Source: Flectonema sp. DT1601
Taxonomy: Eukaryota
Assembly: GCA_964019425.1 (NCBI GenBank)
Contig: OZ025801.1
Coordinates: 1,116,001-1,180,000, forward strand
Length of the DNA stretch: 64,000 bases
Reading direction: 5' to 3'
Shown: positions 54,792-64,000 of the stretch, piece after piece
How the letters are laid out: the number at the start of each line of letters is the position of its first letter
Numbering within the stretch: the first letter of the stretch is position 1
Program-made: the position numbers and the translations under genes
Notes under the pieces: generated by a model
The model's database searches: none
What the model was told of the DNA's origin: nothing
The model's input: the letters and a program-made list of their open reading frames with translations, nothing else

Positions 54792-57700
54792 ATGGTGTCT
54801 CGTGTCTCAGCCCACGAAGCTGGGCCGACCAGACTCCGATTCTCTCCCTTGGGTGAGACACTACTGACCGGGGGGAGTGATGCGGCAGTTCAGGAGTTTG
54901 ATTTTAATTTAGTGGTGCAGACACCAGCGAAGAGGAAGTTTGAAGGGAGTGAAGAGGGAATAACTTGTATTGATTTTGATCACAGTAAGAGAGGTGAAAG
55001 CAGGCGATTCGCTGTTGGGGCGGAGGACGGGATTGTAGTTCTGTACGAAGCTGATGATACGAACGGTCGGAAGATATTTCGACAAGCAGCGAGTATTGTA
55101 AATGGTATTTCTTTCAGTCCGAATGGTTTACGACTCGCAGTTGCGAGTGACAGCGGCCTTCGCATCATATCAACGGAGGAAGACAACACTTCTGTTACTC
55201 AAGTCACTTCCTCGATTGAAACTGGTGATACGGTTCTGTCATGTACCTGGTCACTCTCAAATATCCTTATCGCTGCTACAACTGCAGCTATTCACGCCTG
55301 GGATATGTCTGGTGACTCACCGGAACCAATTGTTTTTAAAAAACAGCATCGCCTGACCCAAACAAGACAGCGCAATGAGACTACTGCCTTGTCACTTCCC
55401 TTCATCAGCATTAGTGAGACAAAAAGGTTCAAAAAGGAGCTGAAAAAATCCCGAAAGAAAAACAAAAATAATTCGGCAATCCAATTGAAGGGGAAGTGTA
55501 TCGCCATCCCGAAAGGGAAGCAGATTGTGTTACAGGGAATGGATGTGCTCGAGAGTGAAATAATTACTTTAAAGGAACTCACTGAACAACACGAGATTAT
55601 GCACATAACACATTCTAGTGTTGAGCCAGGTATCATCTGCTGTCTTGATTCTATCGGTTACTTAACTTTTATAGACATCCTAACCAAGTCAACCCTTTAC
55701 CGCTACCGCCCTGTCTTGGGGGCCTCCGATGAGCAGCTGACAGATGTCTCTTTTCATCCAACTTCACCAGCAACGATACTCGCTGCGACATCTCACGGTG
55801 CTGTGCAGCTATTCACTGGACTCTATGAGACAGATGATCAGAAGAAAAAGGAGAAGAAGAAAGAGCAGAAGAAGGCTCGCAAAGACTTAGAAAAGAACAT
55901 AAAACAATTCATCGATGACGAACCTGAAGAAGCCGGCAGTGACGAAGACGATGACAGTGAACACTCAGAACCACAGCAACAAGAAAAGGATCACAGCGAT
56001 GATGAACAAGAAGACGAACAACCAGCAGACGCTGATGATGACGTTGAAATGGAAGTCGCTGATGAGTCAGTTGAGGATTTGAATGACAATCGAACACTTG
56101 ATGGAGGGCAGTCAGTTATTATTAGAAGACAGAGACCATTTCAAATCGGACAAACACCTCCACCTGGTCATCCGGATGTTGCAGGTTTTCGTATCCTCTG
56201 CTGGAATAGAATTGGAATTGTTCGTCTGCAATCCCCGACAACTGATGGAGCAGATCACCCAACGATCTCAGTTAATTTCTACGATAAAAGTAAATATTCA
56301 ACTCATCGATTCACAGATCGTACAAATCAAACGGCGCTGGCGATCGCAGCTCTCGGTAAGAACGGATTGCTGTTGGGAAGCTCCGCTCCGTTAGAAACAA
56401 ATCGAATTGTCTACAGATCAATTCAGTCTTGGGGTACTAATCCTGACTGGACACGAACTTTTGATTACGAGGAACCAATTTCACTCGCAGTTGGTGACTT
56501 GTGGGTCGCTTGTTTCTCAGATCGTTATCTGCGACTGTTCAGACACAGCGGGTTAGCTATCGCTGTGATCTCACTCCCTCACAGAGTTATCTGTTCTGTT
56601 GGTACGGAGTCTCCTTTAAATCCAATTGGAGGAGATATTCCTTTATCATTTGATCCTGTTAGTGTCTTGGCGTATGCTTACGTTGAGTCAGATAGTTCAC
56701 AACCAAAGTGTAAAGCGATTGATGTTTTAAAAGGAACTGTTGTAGAAGATGAGATGTCTATTGCTCTGACAAAAGACTCTGACCTCACCTGGTTAGGATG
56801 GTCTGATGAAGGTCTACTAACAACACAAGATAGTAAACAAGTAATTAGAGTCTTAACACATCAATATGGTAGACAATGGGTTCCTGTTTATGATCCAAAA
56901 TCACAACGTAGCTATGAACGTCTTCATCTCCTCAGCGTCCGTCAGCACAGTCTTCTCGCTGTTGTTGTTAGTACAGGTTTGTTTCTTTTGTTAATTCCAC
57001 TTGAGTAGTGTTTGTGAACAGCAAAAATAATATTTCATCAAAAAACAGGAATTGGTCCAGACCCGAGACTTGATACCCACGAGCAGGTTAAACGACCTCT
57101 AGTGTTGCCTGTCTTAGAAGACAGACCACATCCATGGCCTCAACACGAATCTGATTATTTAACTCTCAGATATTTATTAAATGAAAAAAAGAATCGCTCT
57201 TCTGTTTATACCACCGACATGGCAAAGTATGAAAAGAAGATCGACAACACTTTGTCAGGAATGTTTAATGAAGTATTTGGCAGCAGTACGACCAAAGCAC
57301 TCGATATCGTTACTCAAATCAACATGAGAGACTCCTGTGAGAAGGTTATGGAGACTGCTTACAATGAACAAGAAGACGCTTTGTACGCAAAGATTAGACA
57401 GATATTTGACACAGAATTCGCGAAGAGAATTCGAAAATGTCGACTTCCAGACAAAGAATCAAAAGATGAGAAGGTCGGCAACGAAGAAAAACTAAAAGGA
57501 TGGCTGCGACAATACAAACAACGTGAGAAGGACAATGAAGAGAGAGAACAGAAACTAATTCAAAGAATTGAAGAACAGGAAAAGTTAATAAAAGAATTAC
57601 AAGTAGCAATCACACCGGACCTAGTCAGAGCTCCGAGAACAAAACAATCTCAAAGTATTCCAGAAAGTACTACCGGTGAGCCAATCAGTAACTTTGGGTC

Positions 57701-58874
57701 GACCTTCAAACTCGCGGCACAGCCAGAAGATGTCATCGTTGAAAGTACTCAACCTCAGTTAGATCATCAGCCTCCCTCGCCAGAAGCTGAAGAACCACCT
57801 CCATCTATATTAGGAGGTAATAAGAGTTCTTTCTTCTCTTCAGTTCCGACCCAGGAACAGGGAGATACTGATCCGTCAGACCTGACTAGCGCCCTCTCCC
57901 TATTCAAACAAGCAACGCCTCCCCTTCAAAGAGGTAAAAGGATTCTGAAATCACTCGGCACTCCTCAGAGCAACTCCGTTAAGAAGAAGACCTCCCCAGC
58001 AAAGAAAAAGAAGAAAGAAACTCCGAAAATCTCGCCACAGAAGTTTAAGAGGAAGGGTGGTACTGGAGAGAGTAAAATAATCAAAAAGTTGAAACCTGAC
58101 GAGGAAATAGAAAAAGATTCTGAAGACGAAGCAGCAGACTGGTGGCAACTCCAAGAGAATGACCCCGCTGGTGACGGTGTCATAACAGGTTCTCCTGTTA
58201 CTACTCCGCTAGTAGAAAACCCCACTCAGGACTCATCACTGTCCCAGTTACAACCGCTGCCTTCATTTGACAGCTCCGATGACAAAAAACGAGTGAAGTC
58301 AAAACCACCTCCAAAGAAGAAGGCGGCCGACAAACCAGCTGCGAAGCCTGCTGGCGAGCCGCCGATCCAAAACCTCGCAAAGAAGCAGCAGTCTGATGCT
58401 ACGGAACCAACGAAGACACCGACAAAAGTAAAACCAAACAACGGTCTGGACAAGTTGAAAGCATTTTCTCACAAGAAGACCTCTGGTAACGGATTAGACA
58501 AATTGAAGGCCTTCGCACACCAAAGGAAACCAACGACTCTAAAGGAACGTCCTGACTCCGTTGTTTTCGAATCGCAGACTCAGATTCTGGCGAATGAAGG
58601 CAGCAGTAAAACTACTGCACCAATCAGTCGGATAAATCCTCCTCCTGAGTCGATGGTGTTTGAGTCGCAAACACTTCAATCACAGCAGTCTACACCAACA
58701 GTCTTCGAAAACCTGAAAGACGAGGTCATCGTACCTAAGAAAACAGTGGCTGCCGTGGAATACAAACCGTCAACGGGACTCGCTCGGGCACTTGCGGCAG
58801 CATCGGCAATGGACGAACAGGACGATGATGACGAAGATGAAATCGGAACTATTGTAATGCCAATTAAGAAGTAG
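54792..58874 (+). CDS. Ctf4/And-1 (WDHD1/Mcl1)-like replisome factor (exons 54792-56976, 57049-58874)
   Basis: N-terminal WD40 repeats; SepB-like motifs QRPFQIGQTP, LCWNRIG, VNFYD, LTWLGWSDEG, QWVPV. A 72-nt intron (56977-57048) joins the two long ORFs in frame. Confidence 0.8.
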
Positions 58875-59452
58875 TTCTTGAAAAGGTGAGTCCGACTTTT
58901 CATTATTATTATTGTTGTCTTGAAGTAGCTGTTCGTATATGAACCCGATTGTGAATGTTGCCACCGCCTGTTAATCTCCAGGTTTGGTATTTCCAGTCCT
59001 CGAGTCAGAATTGTATTTAATAAGAAATCTGATCTGTTTTTCTTAAAGCAGTTTGTCATGTGTACTTTTTGTTTATTTCAATTCCACGTTACCGCAGGTA
59101 TCTCGGCGTCAGTTTAACTCTGAGGTACTTATTGTCAAGTGAAGTTGAGTTTCGCGAAATGTATTTTTTTGTAACTTTTTTTTAGATCGACACTCTGCCA
59201 GTTGTTTTTTTACTTTATATCCGTTCGGTTTTTCACTGTTTTTCTCCCACTTTGGGGGTCGTCGTCATTTCATTTTACTGCTTTTTTTATGGAAATCATT
59301 TTGTGTTAAAAAGAAAATAAAATAATTATAAAAATAATTTATTAATTTCTCGACGAGGTTCCCAATGAAAAAGTTTCAATTCGTACTGAGTGACTTCAGC
59401 AGCTTTTGTAAAAAATAATACTTTTTAATGAACAGAAGATTCAAACAGGAAT

Positions 59453-61588
59453 ATGCCGCGTAGTGACAGCAGTAATGCAGTCGAGAGTTTTCTAATGGGA
59501 CAGATTGAAAAGAGAGATCAGGAGATCGCAGAGCTGAAAGGAGAAGTAATTCGATTGCAGTGTTTAGTGTTGCGAATGGCACCTCAAAAGAATTCATCGA
59601 CAGTCGGATACGACAAAGGAAGAACAAGTGGTGTTAGTTTAAGTCCAACGTTGAGTGTGAAACCATCGCCATCAAACGCATCAACAGCAAGTCAAGAATC
59701 AACATACGGAAGTGAAGCAGACCCTTGCAAGATTAGAATTCAATCTCCAAGTCCACCAAATCAAGAATCTCTTCCTTACAAATTATCTCGTTTTGAGACA
59801 ATGCTACTCGACTTCGTTCCTATTTCAGAGAGACTGTGTGAGTATGTTGGTGACTGTAATGGTTTATTTGAGACCTGCGTGTTGTTGTCGTCGCGGATAT
59901 TTCGATTCTGCAGTCAAGACCTCCAAACTTACATTGGAAGCTACACACTTGAGGCGGGCTGTAGTAATGAATCGGCTTACGAGATACTAGACGAGTGTTT
60001 AAAAAGGAGACTAAAGAAACAACCGAATCAGAAATCAAAGAAGTCTGTAAAACAATCTCGAAGACGGGAACGAGAAGGTAGACTAGTTCAGTTACACGCG
60101 TTCATGGTAACGAAGTTAAGATTTTCTTTAAATACTTTATCATACAATGTGAACACTCCTGGTGATAGGTTTTCATTCGTCGACGGTCCTGTTGGATTCT
60201 ATCCGACTAAGAATCCTTTAATAAGTGAAAGAGGTTTGAATATTGAAATCGTATCAACGCTTCACAGCAGCACTCCACCAGCAGACTACGCGGCGTCATT
60301 GAAATGGTTGACTGAAGGAGCTCATCAAAATACTCGCGTGAGAATGTTCTACCCGAGGGGAGCTGTTCCGCATACGAGAGCGTTGATGGAAGCAGTCAGA
60401 CACCTCGGAATTCAACCCTCTGCTCTTGTTATGGATGTTTGTTTAGTGAGACCAAAATGGTTTCCTAATATCGATTACATGCAAGACTACTCAAATCTAA
60501 TTATCATTCCTGAGATACCCGCAAAGGATGCTCTCGATGAGGGAGAAGCTCAACGAATTCGTGACAAGTTTAATAAATATCTTCAATCATTCTCTACTGC
60601 AGGTCATTGTGTTTACGTAGTACTCGATAGAGACATCGCTCCAGAAGTTGTAAAAGAAATCCGAATTAATAAGGCGAATGTTTTGTCATTACCACTACCG
60701 GAAAAGGTTGGCCCAATTGGATTGAGAGAGTACCCGTTGTTGGAAATGTTAACTGTTCTTGATTCTGTATTTGATGATGGGTTCACATTAAATGTTCCTG
60801 AGGAGAGAGAATCATTTTCAAGTTCTAACGGGAAGTTCAGTCCCGCTCCTGGTGCTGGAGGAGTTTATAAATACGGTCAGTCTCAGGCATTCACATTCGT
60901 ACCTTCAAATTCATTAAAACATTCTGTTGATCCCGACATCAGTGACTCGAGTAGTGTCGGGTCTCATGGAAGTGGTCGACGTGGTAGTGGTGGAAGTACT
61001 GGTATCGATCACTTTTTTAAGTCTCTTTCGACTTCAGACTCCCGAACTCGTAATAAGAGTACCTCATCATCGAGTTCAACTGACCCACCTCCACAGCATC
61101 CATTCGCTGGAGGATTCGATCAAATGATTTCATCTCTCGGAGTCAATCCGTTCAACGCTTTCTCAGCAATCGCTTCTGGTAGAGTTCCTCACTCGGTACT
61201 GTCAGCTGCTAGACCTGAAGAGAGTGCTCATGGACTTCAAAACAACACCACACAAAAGATTGCTGAAGAAGATGGTTTTACTCTTTCTGTTACAACCGAT
61301 GACCCAAACAGTTTCTTATCTTCGGGAGGAGGTCTTCAGAATGATACCACACAAAAGATTGCTGAAGAAGATGGATTCACGTTGAGCATTACAACAGATC
61401 CAATTGATCAGTCGGGTGAAGACACGTCACCAGTTGCAGTTGAGACAGTGCAGCCCGCTGATGTTGAGGGAGAAGCTGTTGGTATGGCGCTGACACCCGC
61501 AGAGCAGAAAACGACGATGAAGATTGCTGAAGAAGATGGATTCACTCTTTCGATTACGACCGACCCAGACGGAGGATTTACGAAGTAA
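59453..61588 (+). CDS. Hypothetical protein with three C-terminal KIAEEDGFTLS(I/V)TTD repeats
   Basis: 711-aa ORF; the repeats are visible in both DNA and protein. Confidence 0.7.
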   Translation: MPRSDSSNAVESFLMGQIEKRDQEIAELKGEVIRLQCLVLRMAPQKNSSTVGYDKGRTSGVSLSPTLSVKPSPSNASTASQESTYGSEADPCKIRIQSPSPPNQESLPYKLSRFETMLLDFVPISERLCEYVGDCNGLFETCVLLSSRIFRFCSQDLQTYIGSYTLEAGCSNESAYEILDECLKRRLKKQPNQKSKKSVKQSRRREREGRLVQLHAFMVTKLRFSLNTLSYNVNTPGDRFSFVDGPVGFYPTKNPLISERGLNIEIVSTLHSSTPPADYAASLKWLTEGAHQNTRVRMFYPRGAVPHTRALMEAVRHLGIQPSALVMDVCLVRPKWFPNIDYMQDYSNLIIIPEIPAKDALDEGEAQRIRDKFNKYLQSFSTAGHCVYVVLDRDIAPEVVKEIRINKANVLSLPLPEKVGPIGLREYPLLEMLTVLDSVFDDGFTLNVPEERESFSSSNGKFSPAPGAGGVYKYGQSQAFTFVPSNSLKHSVDPDISDSSSVGSHGSGRRGSGGSTGIDHFFKSLSTSDSRTRNKSTSSSSSTDPPPQHPFAGGFDQMISSLGVNPFNAFSAIASGRVPHSVLSAARPEESAHGLQNNTTQKIAEEDGFTLSVTTDDPNSFLSSGGGLQNDTTQKIAEEDGFTLSITTDPIDQSGEDTSPVAVETVQPADVEGEAVGMALTPAEQKTTMKIAEEDGFTLSITTDPDGGFTK

Positions 61589-61987
61589 GTTGGCAGCAGT
61601 TTGATGTACTGAACAGTTCAGAATACCACTTTGAGCCTTTCAGTTGTTGAGTGGAGTGGAGTTGTAATTTAAATAATAAATTCACAAACTGGTCATTCTA
61701 CGATAAACTCATCTCGTTTGCATCAGTCTGAATTCATGAAGATGATACCACGTGAGATCTACCTGACTGTGTGATGTGTTTAATCACTAAATTATTTTCT
61801 TAGTTCTTGACAGCCGCAACAGCTGATGAATAATAGAGCTGCAATGTTATCGAACTTTCACATTCTGGAGTGCTACGACTGTTTGGAGTACGTGGAGAGA
61901 TTCTTTATTTTATTTTTAAACATCAAGAATTCAAACACAATGAGGATGGTCTGATTTCATCGTCGTAGAAGTTGTGCTGTTAATCGG

Positions 61988-64000
61988 ATGATGCAGTCCA
62001 GGGGAGGAAAGAGACACCAGAATAGAAGTAAACTAAACATCGGAATAGGACTCTTAATGTTTTGGATTACTATCGCGTGGATGAATTGGCATCGCAGTTT
62101 TGAAGTAATTGGGAAAGTTGAGAAACCGACTGACTTACAGAAAAGCAACAGCAGCAGCTCTGGAAAAAAGGCTGTGTGGATACAACCAGACGATACTACT
62201 GATGATGATACTGATATTGGTTTTCTTAAAAATATGATGACAACAAACGGATTGACGTATAAGAAGCTAACTAGCGAAGATCAATGTTTTTATATCGCGA
62301 GATACGCGTGTAAATCAACATTCTGGGGATCCATTCAAGGAGACACTACCATCAGAGTTGGTGAGGGAGAGAAATATAAACTCACGGTAGTCCCTTCACG
62401 AAATGATTCATTCTACCTTTCAAAATGTAAATCAAATACATACCTCGTAATAGGTGAGGCAGGCATACCTCAATTCGTAGGAAACGGAAAGGGATCAGAG
62501 CTTTCTATTTACGAGCAACCATTTGGTGTAGATGGCGGCTTAGTCATAGGCATGAGTGGTGACACTGTCAGAAGTATGGGAGTTGTCGCAAACATTTTCA
62601 TCAGATACGTTGAGCACCACGATATTGCAACCAGACTTGATGCTGTTTGGAGTTTTATTAGTGTTAGTAAACCAGTTATGGAATATCCGAAATGGATTCA
62701 TATTCTAAAAGGGTCTACACATAGAAAAGCGAATGTGACGACTAACGGACCTGGCTGTATAAGAAAGTTTCGAGGCTGCTGCTTCCTAAAACGGAAAGTA
62801 CCAGCCATTAACATCCTTAACAAAGGCGACAGTGGAATCCCTAAAGGAATAGCTGCACTGGTAGTGAGTAGTTTAGTTACTCTCCCTCGTAGACTTTATC
62901 TTTTAGAGAAGTCGCTCTTCAATAAGAAATCAATCGACGTTGTTATTACGACCGACTGTCACATTTCATTCTTACAAAGTCGTCTTGAAGGTAACGTTGC
63001 TGCCTGGCTCATCGGTCCTTCAGCACATTTCTTAAAGGATTTTATTGAAATCAACCTTCGAGTGACACTCAGCGTTCATTGGATGTTTAGAAATCTTCAC
63101 AAAGATTGGTATTTTATAGTTGACGATGATACGTTGGTCTTTGCTGATAACTTGAGATGGGTTTTGAGAGCTTTCCCAGACCCACAAGAACAATATTACT
63201 ACGTTGGTCATACAAGTGAATGGAATGAGAAGACAATGTACCATGGTGATATGCCTTTTGGAGGAGGTGGGATAGCAATCTCTGCGGCAATTAGAAATAA
63301 TTGGATTCAATTCTTCAGAAGAGAGAATCCATCAAGAGATTGGTTAGCATCTGGTCATTGGTCTCACAGTGGTGGTGATGGTGCTGTTTGTAGATTAACA
63401 TCGTGGGTGATGTCTAATCGAGGAGAGGATCGAATCTTTACTGAAGTTAGAGGATTTCATCAATTAGATATTCTTGGCAATCAGGGAATTGAAGATATTT
63501 TAAAAAAAGAATGTCCTCTTTGCCCATCCGAATTAGAGCAACCCGGGGCCTGGTTCGACGACGTTATTTCAGCTCAACCAGTAATCACTCTCCATCACAT
63601 GGGAGTGATCTCTAGAGGATCATTATTTCCAAACGTGTCTGGTGATGCGACTATCCCAAAACTGTTTTCTTCTTACAACTCCTTACCGAATCCTTTGTTG
63701 TTTCTACGTCGACATTGTTTTGAAATATCTGATTACACAACTTGTATTAATTTCGGCAGGTCTGTTCAGATCTACAAAGGAATCACTCCAGAGAAAGCAA
63801 TGTCTCCTTTAAAAAAAGAGTCAGCCGTCGGGAAGGACGCTCCTGAGAAGATGTTGAGAATGTCACTCGTTCAGGCGGTTGAATTATCACTTTTGGGAAC
63901 TACTTATTGGAACGAAAATTCAAACAAAAATCGACAAGAATACTCTGCGTCAGTTCTAACTCCTGATCAGACTTTCACAAAAGCGATTACGACTTTCTCA
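61988..64000 (+). CDS. Fringe/DUF604-like GT31 glycosyltransferase, type II membrane protein (runs off the window)
   Basis: Absent from the ORF track, consistent with no in-window stop. ATG 61988 gives MMQSRGG...TM helix; in frame are WYFIVDDDT (63107), YYVGHTSE and MPFGGGGIAIS. Confidence 0.8.
   Translation, partial: MMQSRGGKRHQNRSKLNIGIGLLMFWITIAWMNWHRSFEVIGKVEKPTDLQKSNSSSSGKKAVWIQPDDTTDDDTDIGFLKNMMTTNGLTYKKLTSEDQCFYIARYACKSTFWGSIQGDTTIRVGEGEKYKLTVVPSRNDSFYLSKCKSNTYLVIGEAGIPQFVGNGKGSELSIYEQPFGVDGGLVIGMSGDTVRSMGVVANIFIRYVEHHDIATRLDAVWSFISVSKPVMEYPKWIHILKGSTHRKANVTTNGPGCIRKFRGCCFLKRKVPAINILNKGDSGIPKGIAALVVSSLVTLPRRLYLLEKSLFNKKSIDVVITTDCHISFLQSRLEGNVAAWLIGPSAHFLKDFIEINLRVTLSVHWMFRNLHKDWYFIVDDDTLVFADNLRWVLRAFPDPQEQYYYVGHTSEWNEKTMYHGDMPFGGGGIAISAAIRNNWIQFFRRENPSRDWLASGHWSHSGGDGAVCRLTSWVMSNRGEDRIFTEVRGFHQLDILGNQGIEDILKKECPLCPSELEQPGAWFDDVISAQPVITLHHMGVISRGSLFPNVSGDATIPKLFSSYNSLPNPLLFLRRHCFEISDYTTCINFGRSVQIYKGITPEKAMSPLKKESAVGKDAPEKMLRMSLVQAVELSLLGTTYWNENSNKNRQEYSASVLTPDQTFTKAITTFS

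Overview
Eukaryotic, AT-rich DNA full of homopolymer runs, most likely from a euglenozoan (probably a diplonemid). All ~20 host protein genes lie on the + strand, as in a polycistronic cluster. Several carry short GT-AG introns with A/C-rich 3' ends, and a spliced-leader (SL) remnant TTTCTGTACTTTATTG is present. Host genes include LVIVD-repeat, RING-H2, FAM227-like, ARB2/FAM172-TPR fusion, VASt, CDK10/11-like, two tandem VAMP7-like SNAREs, CCHC-TatD, SAM, Kelch, LRR, cyclin, Ctf4/WDHD1 and a Fringe/GT31-like glycosyltransferase, plus tRNA-Arg(ACG). Two retroelements stand out. (1) A minus-strand APE-RT-RNase H LINE starts with an SL relic. Its ORF1 and ORF2 are in frame, joined by one UGA in the readthrough context UGA-CUAG, followed 29 codons later by a 2A/StopGo motif (GDVERNPGP), so ORF2p appears to need two recoding events. 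Its RT also carries a PDZ-like insert. (2) A 5'-truncated Penelope-like element sits between 32-bp direct repeats. Its ORF fuses RT to a Josephin-like protease (ataxin-3-like C-H-D spacing) and tandem repeats, and its 3' end holds a hammerhead core with an unusual predicted kissing-loop topology. All domain calls are by-eye motif recognition; no searches were run.
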